Positions 16,199 to 26,854 of a stretch of 64,000 nt of DNA are shown here, piece by piece (position 1 is the first letter of the stretch; every line of letters starts with the position of its first letter). Origin of the DNA: a virus; IMG/VR virus record IMGVR_UViG_3300045450_000145, positions 64,001 through 128,000 of that record; one strand, given 5' to 3'. A model generated the notes under the pieces. The model worked only from the letters and a program-made list of their open reading frames with translations. It was not told the origin of the DNA and ran no database searches. The position numbers and the translations under genes are program-made.

Positions 16199-16839
16199 TG
16201 GCCTTAAAACAACTCTTTACTAACAATGCCGTCTCGCTGTTAAAGTTCCCAATCACTGCAGATGCAGTTAGCTTGCAAGTTTTGGACGGCCATGGCGACA
16301 TGTTCCCAACCCCTCAGGAAAATGAATTCTTTACAGTTACGCTTGAGAATCAAACTGCATCCGCCCGAGAAATTATTTTTGTCACTCAACGTCAAGGTGA
16401 TATTTTCACTATTGTTAGAGGGCGTGAAAATACGTTTCCTCATGCATGGAGCGCCAGCGCGAGCAATGATACTCTAGTTGACCATCGTTTAACTGCTGAA
16501 ACGTTGTATAGGTTAAGCAATGTCTACAGCAATGAAGACTTTCCAAATCTAACCGATTATAAAGATGCACTAGATTACCTATTAGCTCAAAAGCCAATAT
16601 CAGGCGAGCAAATGGTTGATGCGCCATACACGACATACACACATGATGGTAAGCTAAGATTAATTACACTTAATCCATACAAGCTAGAAACAACCGTCTT
16701 ATTTGTCGGTGGCATGAGACAAAAACGTAACTTAGACTTTATAGAAATAAATAACACTACCCTCCAACTTCAATATCCAATTTCAAGTGACGACATAGCT
16801 AGAGGGCAGAATATCGTAGTAGACTACGTTATTGCATAA
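16198..16839 (+). CDS. virion structural/tail-associated protein
   Basis: FTNNA..SL.V..G.MFP..FF.VTLE..EII.VT.R.GD.FTIVRG.E.T, an N-terminal domain common in tail-fibre-associated proteins. Confidence 0.7.
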   Translation: MALKQLFTNNAVSLLKFPITADAVSLQVLDGHGDMFPTPQENEFFTVTLENQTASAREIIFVTQRQGDIFTIVRGRENTFPHAWSASASNDTLVDHRLTAETLYRLSNVYSNEDFPNLTDYKDALDYLLAQKPISGEQMVDAPYTTYTHDGKLRLITLNPYKLETTVLFVGGMRQKRNLDFIEINNTTLQLQYPISSDDIARGQNIVVDYVIA

Positions 16840-16844
16840 CATAT

Positions 16845-16852
16845 CATAAATA
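16845..16852 (+). promoter_or_regulatory. T4-late-like promoter
   Basis: CATAAATA upstream of a fibre gene. Confidence 0.55.
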
Positions 16853-16895
16853 CAGCATCCTAGCGTTCAAATATTAACTCACTTGAGAGGTGATT

Positions 16896-18314
16896 ATGGC
16901 TTTTACCAAAATTCGTGGTAATGTACAGGTTCAAGACCTGTCACTTACAAACTCCCAGATTGCTCTGCCAGATGCGGCTAATCCAAAGGGTATTTTACTA
17001 ACAAAGATTGAAGACGGCGCACTTCTAGTCAAGAGCGATGGCTCAGTACCATTCACTGCTCCTGTTTCTGGCGTTGAGCCAACACAAGCTTCCCACCTAG
17101 CCACCAAGGCATACGTTGACGCTACTGCTGAAGGTCTTGACGTTAAGCTTTCTGTTCGTGCAGTTGCAACTGACAACGTTGCTTTAAGTGGCACACAAAC
17201 CATTGACGGCGTTTCACTCGTTGTTGGCGACCGTGTCTTACTAACCGGTCAAAGTAACCCAGTAGAAAATGGTATCTACGTTGTCGCTGCTGGTGGCTGG
17301 ACGCGCGCGGCCGATGCAACTACAAACGCAGACGTCACACCTGGCCTTTTCACATTCGTTGAAGAAGGTACTTACGGTGCAGGTACTGGTTGGGTTCTAA
17401 CCTCAGTTGGTCCTACCACTCTAGGCCAAACTCCACTACCATTTGCACAGTTTTCCTCTGCAGGTGTTGTTCAAGCGGGTGACGGTCTAGCTAAAAATGG
17501 CAATTCACTCAGCGTTGTCAGCGCTAATGGCGGTATTGCAGTTACCCCTGCAGGCATTACTCTAACTTTAGACGGTTCTACTCTAGCAGTTGGTCCAAAT
17601 GGTCTAAAGCTAGCTGATTTAGCTGAAGGCCAAATCCTAGTCGGTTCTGCAACTGGTGTTGCGACGGCTCGTACCCTAAGCGGTGACGTCACTGTTAATG
17701 CGGCCGGTGTAGTTACTCTTACTGACGGCGCGGTTAGTGGCGATAAAATTGCTGATGGCTCACTAGAGCTAAAGAAGCTTGACACTGACGGTGCTGTTGC
17801 CGGTTCAGTTGCAGTTATCGGCCAAGATGGTGTTGCAAAGTTCGTTCCAGTTTCTGGAGATGCTACATTATCAGAAACTGGCGCTTTTGAGCTAGGCACT
17901 GGAGTAGTCGGTACTGCCGAACTTGCAGACAAGTCAGTCACCTTAAGTAAGCTTGCTGACATCCCAGCTGGTCAACTAATCTTAGGTTCTACGGCTGGTA
18001 ATAAGACTGTCACATTGAGCGGTGACGTCACCATCGATGAGAACGGCGTTGTAACCATCAACCCAGACACAGTTATTAGAGTCACTGACTTTGTGACACG
18101 TGAAACACCAGCTGGCGCACTTAACGGCGTCAACGACACCTTCACACTAGCTAATGATGTTAAGCTTGGTACTGAAAGTGTTTTCGTCAACGGCTTACTC
18201 CAAGACGCAGGCGCAAGCAATGACTACACAATCAACGGTTCTACCATCACCATGCAATATGCACTAACTGCAGAAGATAAGATCCGCGTCAGCTACATCG
18301 CAGACAAGGCTTAA
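16896..18314 (+). CDS. fibre-type structural protein (head/whisker fibre-like)
   Basis: LATKAYVD..GLDVK.SVR..LSGTQTIDGV....GDRVLL..NGIYVV...WTRA.DA domain; SGDVT repeats; GAGAGG SD; codon usage suggests high expression. Confidence 0.75.
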   Translation: MAFTKIRGNVQVQDLSLTNSQIALPDAANPKGILLTKIEDGALLVKSDGSVPFTAPVSGVEPTQASHLATKAYVDATAEGLDVKLSVRAVATDNVALSGTQTIDGVSLVVGDRVLLTGQSNPVENGIYVVAAGGWTRAADATTNADVTPGLFTFVEEGTYGAGTGWVLTSVGPTTLGQTPLPFAQFSSAGVVQAGDGLAKNGNSLSVVSANGGIAVTPAGITLTLDGSTLAVGPNGLKLADLAEGQILVGSATGVATARTLSGDVTVNAAGVVTLTDGAVSGDKIADGSLELKKLDTDGAVAGSVAVIGQDGVAKFVPVSGDATLSETGAFELGTGVVGTAELADKSVTLSKLADIPAGQLILGSTAGNKTVTLSGDVTIDENGVVTINPDTVIRVTDFVTRETPAGALNGVNDTFTLANDVKLGTESVFVNGLLQDAGASNDYTINGSTITMQYALTAEDKIRVSYIADKA

Positions 18315-18324
18315 TTATAAAAAT

Positions 18325-18353
18325 AGGGGTATGGATATTATTTCCATACCCCT
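18325..18353 (+). terminator. stem-loop between fibre genes (weak terminator or processing site)
   Basis: AGGGGTATGGA/TCCATACCCCT 11-bp stem with no downstream U-tract. Confidence 0.5.
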
Positions 18354-18368
18354 CACTAAGGAAATAGT

Positions 18369-21300
18369 GTGAGAACCCAAGTACCAGGAAAACAGATCCT
18401 TGATGACGGCATCGAAAGTGAAGACATCAAAGACCAGGCAGTTACAGACCCAAAATTAAGCAAGACCGGAGTTGCTCCAGGTGCATATACAAAGGTAAAT
18501 GTAAATGACACTGGGCGTGTTGTAAGCGGCGAAAGCCCAAACACATTAGCTGGATTGGGCATTACAGACGGGCTATCTAGAAATGATAACGATTTATCAT
18601 TGGTAGTTGCGTCTAGAAATTCATCATCACCTGTAGCATCAAGAGTATTAACAGGTGAAACTAATCAAATTAAAGTTACTGACAATGGTGGTGGGAAAGA
18701 GCTAAAGCTATCATTGCAAGATAATGTAAAGTTCCCAGGTAATGGCGCAATCACTTTACCGCACGGCACAACTGCTCAGCAACCAGATAATGCAGCCGCA
18801 GGTACCTTACGTTTCAATGACACAACTAATTACATTGAAACATTCTCAAATGGCAAGTGGGTTAATCTAGTCAATGACTTGGATCCACGCCTAAATCCTA
18901 TTACGACTCTAACAGTGCAGCCAAATCCTGGTCCAGGTCAATTTGGTAGCATTAAGCAGGCGGTGGATTCCATCACTGACGCGGGTCAGCTTAAGAGATA
19001 CACCGTTTATGTGAAGGCTGGTAGGTATAATGAAGACCCCATCACCCTAAAGAGATATGTTGCGGTCGTCGGCGAATCTGCGGCAAGCGTCTTTATTGTT
19101 GCAAAAAACCCAAGCGCGGACATTATTACTGGTGCAAATGATGCTGCACTTACATCAGTCACACTATCTGGCGCGACTGGTGAAAATAAGAGCGCGATCC
19201 GTTTTGACAATGCGGTTGAAAATGAAACAACCCGCTCATTTACCGCGACCGATATTCGCTTCGGCCAAAATGATAGATTAGTCACTGTCACCTCAAGCGG
19301 TAACTCTACCACTATCTTCTTATTTAACCCGCAGTTTGGCGGCACAATGGTCTACAGGCAGGGCTTGGTTGTCGAGAGCCAAAATAACGGACAAGCCCGC
19401 ATTTTAGTTAGATCTGGTACAACTCGTGGTGCATCTGCCCCATACCCAACTGATTTTGCATTTGCGTCTGGCCGCGGTGCAGAAATTTTTATTAACGCGA
19501 CTCAAATTAGAACATCTCTTAACACGCCATCTGGAAATGGCATTCGAGTTCGAGATGGGGCTTTAGCTAGATTACTAAGCGTTTCATTTAGAGGTTTCAA
19601 CAATGCGATCTACGCAGAAAATGCGGGTGTCGCACCTCGTATTTTAGGCTACAATGTATCACTCGAGTCAAACGTTACTGACTTGAAGTTAGACCACCCT
19701 AGCACTACAGGCACGTTCCTTGGTACGGCGGCAAAAAATAAAGTTACATCCGCCTCTACAGCAATCTCACTTTTCTTTTTAGACCCAGAAGATGCAGGTG
19801 TTAACATTGCGGGTAAGTTTAACTTAGGTAAGAACGTCAATGAAATTACAAACGTTACAAACCTAATTATTGATACTGCACCAATGGGATTATTATCTGG
19901 TGGTTCAGTGACTAGAAATGGCGGTACTTCGATTAGAATTTCTGCAGGTGTTGGGTACTTAAGAAATGCTGACAATCTAGTTAAGAGAATTGAATTTACT
20001 GGGGCTGACCTTCAATTAGCACCAGGCTCTTCTCCATACATCTACATTAACAATGCTGGCTCTGTCATGACAGCGGATACCGAGCCAGATCACGCCAGCA
20101 ATATAGTTCTTGCTCGGGCACTTGTGGGCGCAGATAGCGTCTTACAAGTCGGTGATCAGGCTCTTCATATAGACCTAATTAATAACAAAATTGACTCATA
20201 CCTACGTCAGACTATAGGTGGAGTTTTTGTCTCAGGTTCTATCGTAACTGAATCTAGTACCGTTAACCGCGGCTTGAATGTAACTGCCGGTAAGTACTAC
20301 TATGGCACGTTAAGCAGAACACCTGGTGCATTTAATAACATTACGTTTTTAGATGGATATAAAACAGGCAACTCTGTTACTATTGTTCCTCGTACGCAGG
20401 TTCCAAACAACACCCTTCTAATTGACGGTGGCTACAAGCCAATGACTCATTTGTACTATGCTAAGCATGCATTGTATGAGACGGGTTCAGGCACAGATGT
20501 ATTATTTCCACTCGCCCATGCGCAGGTAGAATATGCAACGTTTGCTGAGGCTTTGGCTGCGCCAATTCCAACGCCTGTTATTAATCCAGATGGCACGCCT
20601 AGAATTGCAGCAATTATTGTTCAAGAGGGCAATGATAAAATTGTATCTATCTTAGATATTAGACCCCGCCACTTTCAAGGAGGTGGGAGCGCAGTAGGTT
20701 CAAGCGGAACAAACGATCACGGTGACTTGCTAGGATTAGCTGACGATGATCATACCCAATACTTACTCGCAAGCGGAGTTAGAGCATTAGTTGGCAATTT
20801 AGATTTAGGTAACAATAACATTGTCAATGCAAAGCTAATTAATAACATTGACGTTGCGGCTCACGCGTCTCGTCACACTCCAAACGGGGCTGACCCACTA
20901 CCTACCGCGCCGGCTGTTAGCTTAAATGCGTCTAGCACAAACACTACGGGCATTTCTAACTCTTTTGCTCGTGCTGATCACACGCACTCATTGAGCGGCT
21001 TACAGCCACTGAGCGGTGAATTAACCGCGCTGGCGTCATTTACATCCACCGGAATACCTGTCAGAACAGGTACTAACACTTGGGCTATTCGCTCTATTAT
21101 TGGCAATAACATCAAGGTAATTAATGGCAATGGAGTTGATGGAAACATCACGATCTCTCCAGACACTGTAGGTGTAGCTGGTACATATCAAAGCGTTACG
21201 ACTGATCAATTTGGTAGAGTTACTGCCGGCACAAACACCGTGCCGTGGAGCGTCATTACAAACACTCCAACAACTCTTAATGGTTATGGCATTACCGACG

Positions 21301-23846
21301 CACAACCGCTAAATTCAGACCTAACTGCGCTAACTAACGTAACTACCACTGGCATTTATATTAAAACTGGTGCGGGCACTGCAGTTACTAGAACTCTAAT
21401 TCAACCTGCGGCAGGTATTAACATTGCTAATCCAGATGGCATTAGTGGCAACATTGCATTTACCTTATCTAATGACTTGCTAGGATTAGAAAACCTAACA
21501 GGAACAGGTATTCCTGTTCGCACTGGCAATGATTCATGGGCAGTTAGAACTTTTGTAGCACCATCTGCTGGTATTACTATTACTAATCCAGCAGGTACTG
21601 CTGGCAATATCACATTAGCACTAGCAAATGATTTGCTAGGTTTAGAAAATCTTGCCACAAATGGATACGCGGTACGAACCGCGAACAACACCTGGGCAAC
21701 CAGATCAATTACTTCCACTACATTAACTGTCACATTCGGTGATGGTGTTGGTGGAAATACAGATATTGGTTTAATTCCAATCATCACTGCGGGCAACTTT
21801 AGATCAGTTGCTGTTGATCAATATGGTAGAGTCACCTCAGGTACCAACCCAACTACCCTAGCTGGGTATGGCATTACTGACGCTATTAATGTAAATCAAC
21901 TTGGCGCCAAGAATGGTGTTGCAACTCTAGATAGTAATGGTCAGCTATTAACTTCCCAAGTTCCAGCGATTGCTATCACTGACACGTTTGTTGTCAATTC
22001 TGAATCTCAGCAAACTAGCTTAGTGGCAGAGGTAGGCGACGTTGCAGTTCGGACCGACTTGAAGAAGTCATTTATCTTAAGTGCATTACCTGCAAGCAAC
22101 TTTGCAAACTGGCAAGAATTACTAACCCCGACAGACTTAGTTACATCCGTCAACGGGCAAACTGGTAACGTCGTAGTGCCCGCGGGATCAGTCACCTCAG
22201 TTGCAGCGCAAGCCCCTGCCGCGGGCTTAGTTATTAGTGGTTCCCCAATTACCTCAAGTGGTACGCTCTCATTCAGCTTAGCAAATGACCTGGCCGCGCT
22301 AGAATCTTTATCTGGTACTGGCTTTGCAGTTAGAACTAATTCTGATACATGGGCAAATAGGCAGCTTGTGCAGGGCGCTGGTATTACTATTACAAACCCT
22401 GATGCTGTTACTGGAAATCCTAACATCAGCTTGACTGCAGTCGGTACGGCAGGAACTTACAAGTCCATTACTACTGATCAATATGGACGTGTAACGGCTG
22501 GCTCTAATCCAACGACATTAGCAGGTTTTGGTATTACCGATGCGCAAGGATTAAATTCAAACCTAACCGCGTTATCTAACACTACCCAAACTGGCATCTA
22601 TGTAGTTACCGGCACTGGAACATCAGCTGCTAGAACTTTAACTCCAGGCACTGGCATTAGTATCACAAATGCTAACGGCGTTAGTGGCAACCCCACAATT
22701 AATAATACTGGTGTTACTTCAGTCGGCTTATCTTTACCTAGCATTTTCTCAGTTTCAAATACCCCAGTCACCACCACTGGCACTTTAACTGCGACCCTCA
22801 ATAATCAAGGGTCATCTGCAATTTTAGCTGCACCTATTGGTGGTGGCACCCCAGCATTTAGAACTCTAGGGCTCGGTGAGTTAAGTAATGTCGTATTAAC
22901 TTCACCATCTCCATATCAAGTGTTAGCATATTCTGGTACTAACTGGGTTAACACAAGCGTTAACACTGGTGCTATATCAGGTATTCTAAATGCATGGACT
23001 CAAATTGCTGGCACAAACCGCTACTATCAAGACTTCACACACAACTTAGCAACTGCAAATCTAGTCATTAACTTGTATGACACGGCGGATAACTCAGTTG
23101 TTACTGCGGATAGCGTGGTCTTAACTTCAGCTAACGTGGTGCGAGTTACTGTTATTGGTAATAGCCGCAATATTCGTATTGTCGTGTTAGCAAATGGCGC
23201 CGGCTTAGTTGCCGGCGGTTCAACTCCGTCTTCAATTATTGTTAGCAAGGACGGCGTCACAGTCAATAATAATGTCACCCGTCTAAATGTCCAGGGTCAA
23301 GCAGTTTCAGTAACTGACTCTGGTAGTGGTGTTGCGACTTTAACTGTCGGTTCTAGATTTACCTTCTTCGCTGGGTCATTAGATTCCCCAACAAGTGCAG
23401 ACTGGGCAATTAACGCACTTGCGCCTACAGTAACTGACCCAACATTTACCTCTCTAACAAATAGGCAATTTAGCTCTACAGTTGAGCAAGGCGTAGGCTT
23501 CCTATTATCAGTTCCACCTGGCACAACTAATATTACCTTTAAGTTTAGAGGTCGACCTCAAGCTGTACCAACTGCAGCTTCTGTTGCGGCATTTAGATTG
23601 TATAACAGGTTACTACCTAATAATGCAGCTGTCGCGGCATGGTCTACAGCGAGAGAAATTGGTGAGATTGCAATACCAACTAATGCAAACTTCCAATATG
23701 CAACATTCACCATTCCACTTGCTAACTTAACGATGGTAGCTGATCGTTTATATCAAGTTGAATTAACTAGAAGGGTCTCTGGCACTACAGGTGCTAACCT
23801 AAATGCCAACTTCCTATTAAGTGAAGTGACTGTGGAGCTTTCCTAA
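18369..23846 (+). CDS. long tail fibre / receptor-binding protein with a parallel beta-helix-like domain
   Basis: 1825 aa, G/T/N-rich; GQFGSIKQAVD..YVKAGRYNE pectin-lyase-like start; TL.G(Y/F)GITDA fibre repeats. Confidence 0.85.
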   Translation: MRTQVPGKQILDDGIESEDIKDQAVTDPKLSKTGVAPGAYTKVNVNDTGRVVSGESPNTLAGLGITDGLSRNDNDLSLVVASRNSSSPVASRVLTGETNQIKVTDNGGGKELKLSLQDNVKFPGNGAITLPHGTTAQQPDNAAAGTLRFNDTTNYIETFSNGKWVNLVNDLDPRLNPITTLTVQPNPGPGQFGSIKQAVDSITDAGQLKRYTVYVKAGRYNEDPITLKRYVAVVGESAASVFIVAKNPSADIITGANDAALTSVTLSGATGENKSAIRFDNAVENETTRSFTATDIRFGQNDRLVTVTSSGNSTTIFLFNPQFGGTMVYRQGLVVESQNNGQARILVRSGTTRGASAPYPTDFAFASGRGAEIFINATQIRTSLNTPSGNGIRVRDGALARLLSVSFRGFNNAIYAENAGVAPRILGYNVSLESNVTDLKLDHPSTTGTFLGTAAKNKVTSASTAISLFFLDPEDAGVNIAGKFNLGKNVNEITNVTNLIIDTAPMGLLSGGSVTRNGGTSIRISAGVGYLRNADNLVKRIEFTGADLQLAPGSSPYIYINNAGSVMTADTEPDHASNIVLARALVGADSVLQVGDQALHIDLINNKIDSYLRQTIGGVFVSGSIVTESSTVNRGLNVTAGKYYYGTLSRTPGAFNNITFLDGYKTGNSVTIVPRTQVPNNTLLIDGGYKPMTHLYYAKHALYETGSGTDVLFPLAHAQVEYATFAEALAAPIPTPVINPDGTPRIAAIIVQEGNDKIVSILDIRPRHFQGGGSAVGSSGTNDHGDLLGLADDDHTQYLLASGVRALVGNLDLGNNNIVNAKLINNIDVAAHASRHTPNGADPLPTAPAVSLNASSTNTTGISNSFARADHTHSLSGLQPLSGELTALASFTSTGIPVRTGTNTWAIRSIIGNNIKVINGNGVDGNITISPDTVGVAGTYQSVTTDQFGRVTAGTNTVPWSVITNTPTTLNGYGITDAQPLNSDLTALTNVTTTGIYIKTGAGTAVTRTLIQPAAGINIANPDGISGNIAFTLSNDLLGLENLTGTGIPVRTGNDSWAVRTFVAPSAGITITNPAGTAGNITLALANDLLGLENLATNGYAVRTANNTWATRSITSTTLTVTFGDGVGGNTDIGLIPIITAGNFRSVAVDQYGRVTSGTNPTTLAGYGITDAINVNQLGAKNGVATLDSNGQLLTSQVPAIAITDTFVVNSESQQTSLVAEVGDVAVRTDLKKSFILSALPASNFANWQELLTPTDLVTSVNGQTGNVVVPAGSVTSVAAQAPAAGLVISGSPITSSGTLSFSLANDLAALESLSGTGFAVRTNSDTWANRQLVQGAGITITNPDAVTGNPNISLTAVGTAGTYKSITTDQYGRVTAGSNPTTLAGFGITDAQGLNSNLTALSNTTQTGIYVVTGTGTSAARTLTPGTGISITNANGVSGNPTINNTGVTSVGLSLPSIFSVSNTPVTTTGTLTATLNNQGSSAILAAPIGGGTPAFRTLGLGELSNVVLTSPSPYQVLAYSGTNWVNTSVNTGAISGILNAWTQIAGTNRYYQDFTHNLATANLVINLYDTADNSVVTADSVVLTSANVVRVTVIGNSRNIRIVVLANGAGLVAGGSTPSSIIVSKDGVTVNNNVTRLNVQGQAVSVTDSGSGVATLTVGSRFTFFAGSLDSPTSADWAINALAPTVTDPTFTSLTNRQFSSTVEQGVGFLLSVPPGTTNITFKFRGRPQAVPTAASVAAFRLYNRLLPNNAAVAAWSTAREIGEIAIPTNANFQYATFTIPLANLTMVADRLYQVELTRRVSGTTGANLNANFLLSEVTVELS
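21000..22720 (+). repeat. intragenic protein repeats of the tail fibre
   Basis: repeated DL..L..L.G.G..VRT..(N/D)(T/S)WA.R and AG.Y.S..(T/V)DQ(F/Y)GRVT.G.N..TL.G.GITDA units; boundaries approximate. Confidence 0.75.
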
Positions 23847-24532
23847 TGGCAGTTCTGTGCAATACAACTGATATTCACTTGACTTCAAGTATGGCGAATT
23901 TGCCACAGGCTGGGACGCCAGTTACGATTACTACTTGGATGGCAGCTAACTGGACAACTACCGCAGGAAGCTTTGTTGGATTATACGGGCCATCACCTAA
24001 TCCATCCACTGCAATTCAGATTGGGTGCCGTAATACCGCGGGCTCATGTCAGGTTTGGACATGGGGCGGTGGCTTGTTAGTTGCTACTGCGGGCAACATC
24101 ATGACTAACGGTAAGGTGCACTTCATTGCTTACACTTTTGATGGTAACACAAATCGCCTGTATGTCGATGGTGTCTTGCAAGCTACTTCAACTACCGCAA
24201 ATTTAGCAGGAAAGTTTGCAATGTTTTACATTAATGGCTTTCCAACTGGTGGTACCGCCGAAACCTCTAATCACATGGTTGATACCGTAAGACTTTATAA
24301 TAGAGCCTTATCTCAAAATGAAATTACCACCATTTTTAATTCAACTGGCGCAAGACATGGCATAGTGAATGGATTAATGTCTTATTATGAGTTTGACGAG
24401 GCGGCGCAAGGCGCTAACGTAAGTTCAGTTATTGATCAGTATCAAGGTGCAAACTTAATGCTTGCAGGCAGTGGGACTGCAATGACGTATACATATTCTA
24501 ATGCAGAATCTAAATTGAGGCCAGTATTATAA
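23846..24532 (+). CDS. LamG / concanavalin-A-like lectin domain structural protein
   Basis: HFIAYTFDG..RLYVDGV, VDTVRLYNRALSQNEI. Confidence 0.85.
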   Translation: MAVLCNTTDIHLTSSMANLPQAGTPVTITTWMAANWTTTAGSFVGLYGPSPNPSTAIQIGCRNTAGSCQVWTWGGGLLVATAGNIMTNGKVHFIAYTFDGNTNRLYVDGVLQATSTTANLAGKFAMFYINGFPTGGTAETSNHMVDTVRLYNRALSQNEITTIFNSTGARHGIVNGLMSYYEFDEAAQGANVSSVIDQYQGANLMLAGSGTAMTYTYSNAESKLRPVL

Positions 24533-25380
24533 TGTCAGTTCACTTAGGAAAAATTTCGTTCTTAGATATACCAGACGTCAATGGGGTAAATTTATTACCT
24601 GCTACTGGTATTTCTACAATTACCGCGGATGCATTCTCAGCTAGACCCGCCGCGGCGGTAAGTGGCAGATTATTCTTAGATACTACTAACAATGTAATCT
24701 ATAGAGATAATGGCAGTGGGTGGGATTTGCTATCTCCTGCAGTTGGAACTGACAATCAAATTATTACTGACGGCAGTAAAATTGGGTTAGCTAATAACCC
24801 GGTTATCCCAGGTAGTGAAGGCATCACTATTCCAAATGGAACTACTGCACAGAGAGTTAGTAATAATGTTGGGCAAATAAGGTATAACACTTCTAACACC
24901 GAAGCTGAGGTATTTTCGGGCGGTAATTGGCTACCACTTGGTAAGCTAATTCAATCTCAAGCCGGCAATATTGCCCCTGTTTCTGGCGCATCTCAAAAGG
25001 CCAATACGACAGTGCCCACCACATCTGAGGGTATTTCTGTATTTTCAACTACCTTCACTCCTAAAGTGATAGGCTCATCAATCGTTGTGCAATACACATA
25101 TAGCGCTTATCACGGTACCGCTGGTAGAACGGTTTTCACTTCTTTATTTGCAAACACTACATGCATTGGTTTGACGACGGACGCAGTTGCAGTTGCGTCT
25201 GGCGCGGCAACCTTAACTATGCAGGCTGTAGTAAATACTACTTCACTTAATACGTTAACTATTTCCTGCCGCGCTGGGACATTAAATGGTACTGGAACCT
25301 TGTATGTTAATCAAACTCCACTTGGCGTCACATATGGTAATTCGCTAACAACTGAATATAGAATCTTGGAACTAATATGA
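24532..25380 (+). CDS. tail fibre protein (short/distal)
   Basis: IPNGTTAQR...GQIRYNT...EVF motif, also near the N-terminus of the long fibre. Confidence 0.7.
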   Translation: MSVHLGKISFLDIPDVNGVNLLPATGISTITADAFSARPAAAVSGRLFLDTTNNVIYRDNGSGWDLLSPAVGTDNQIITDGSKIGLANNPVIPGSEGITIPNGTTAQRVSNNVGQIRYNTSNTEAEVFSGGNWLPLGKLIQSQAGNIAPVSGASQKANTTVPTTSEGISVFSTTFTPKVIGSSIVVQYTYSAYHGTAGRTVFTSLFANTTCIGLTTDAVAVASGAATLTMQAVVNTTSLNTLTISCRAGTLNGTGTLYVNQTPLGVTYGNSLTTEYRILELI

Positions 25381-25892
25381 TTTTTGTTTCTTACATTGAT
25401 GCCATAAGCTCAAAATATCCTAACATGCAGGTGCAGAGCGAGGGTGATGGCACGAACTATGACAAGTTAGTTTCTCTTTCGGCTGCGCCAATTCCTCCTA
25501 AAGCTGAGCTTGACGCAGAAATTCTGGCCATTAAACAGAAGGAAATGTGGAAAGATATTCAAGAAGAGCGTGATGCACGCAAGGCTGGTGGTGTGAATGT
25601 AAACAACAATTGGTTCCACTCAGACGATTCATCACGCATTCAATTCATCGCCTTAGTTGCTTCGGGTGCAAATATGCCAAAGGGTATTATGTGGAAGACG
25701 ATGCGAGGTACATTTGTCGAGATGACCCCTCAGCTTGCAGCTCAAGTATTCTCTGCTATTATTTCCACTGATATTCAAATCTTTGCTAAAGCTGAACAAC
25801 ATAGAATGGCAATGGAAAAGTTGGAAGATCCAGCACAATACGAATACTTAAAAGATTGGCCAACTGTGTATAAGGACGTGAAAGATAACTAA
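25377..25892 (+). CDS. tail fibre assembly chaperone (DUF4376-like)
   Basis: ERD.RK.GGV.V...WFHSD..SRIQ...WKTM.G.FVEMT. Confidence 0.75.
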   Translation: MIFVSYIDAISSKYPNMQVQSEGDGTNYDKLVSLSAAPIPPKAELDAEILAIKQKEMWKDIQEERDARKAGGVNVNNNWFHSDDSSRIQFIALVASGANMPKGIMWKTMRGTFVEMTPQLAAQVFSAIISTDIQIFAKAEQHRMAMEKLEDPAQYEYLKDWPTVYKDVKDN

Positions 25893-26320
25893 TGTCCATT
25901 AACGCATGTACAATTTCTGAATCTACATTAGATACCTTCTGTGGTAGAAGGCGATCTATAGTCTTGACGCGCCTAATTAAAGAGGCAGGTCATGAGATTG
26001 TATTGCCTCCTATCATTGATCCACCAACTCCACCAAAATATACTGGAGGAGGTCATGGTTCAACTGGCATTAGATTTAATCCAGGTATTCCATTACCATC
26101 TAGACAGCCACCACAATTTATCTCGCGGGCGTCAGAAACTGAATTTAACACAAACATTAGCATGGCCGAGCTACCATACATCATGCTCGATGTTGAGCTC
26201 TTTAATATGCAAGGTAGAGGCACCGTTGAGAATAAGCGCACAAATGAGTTTGTCACACTCACTGACTTAGAATTTACCATGTCAGAAATAACAATAAATA
26301 TTACTGATTTGGAGATTTAA
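25892..26320 (+). CDS. hypothetical protein (structural module)
   Basis: TAATG overlap; Pro-rich linker. Confidence 0.7.
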   Translation: MSINACTISESTLDTFCGRRRSIVLTRLIKEAGHEIVLPPIIDPPTPPKYTGGGHGSTGIRFNPGIPLPSRQPPQFISRASETEFNTNISMAELPYIMLDVELFNMQGRGTVENKRTNEFVTLTDLEFTMSEITINITDLEI

Positions 26321-26322
26321 TA

Positions 26323-26847
26323 ATGCTATACATTGGAAAAAGCAACGAGGTCAAATTTAAGTTAAATATCTTTGGAACTCAAAGCAAACCTGACGTTCGT
26401 ATTATTATTGAAACCGAAGATTCTGATTTAGGATTTAAGGCCGAAGAAGTTAGAGATGAGCCGGGCAGATATTATGCTGAAATTTCAATCGACGAAGCTT
26501 TAAGCCCGGGAACCTACAAGTTTAGAGTTGAAGTCATTATTAATGACCGCCTAATAGTACCACTCCGCCGTACAGTAGAAATACAATATGAAGAGCCTTT
26601 AATGGCCGCGCCAGAAGTTACTCCACCAGTTGAAGAGCCAATTGCGCCAGAACTAGATGCAGTTCGTAGTGAGGAAGTAGTTCCTAAAACTACAAAGCCT
26701 GAAGTTTCTAAAATATCAATTATTGATATTGCAAAGGAAGCTGAGAAGGTGCAAGTTGTAGTTAGGGAAAATATTTCAAAGCCAAAAATTAAAATCACAC
26801 CTCGAATCCCAATTAAACTAACTAAGGGAGAGGTTGTTTACAAATAA
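26323..26847 (+). CDS. hypothetical protein with Ig-like N-terminus
   Basis: GGAG SD; beta-rich N-half ending PGTYKFRVEV. Confidence 0.7.
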   Translation: MLYIGKSNEVKFKLNIFGTQSKPDVRIIIETEDSDLGFKAEEVRDEPGRYYAEISIDEALSPGTYKFRVEVIINDRLIVPLRRTVEIQYEEPLMAAPEVTPPVEEPIAPELDAVRSEEVVPKTTKPEVSKISIIDIAKEAEKVQVVVRENISKPKIKITPRIPIKLTKGEVVYK

Positions 26848-26854
26848 GGGATAT

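Noticed and set aside
21000-22720. CRISPR-like or non-coding repeat array
   Set aside because: The repeats are degenerate, in frame and explained by tail-fibre protein repeats
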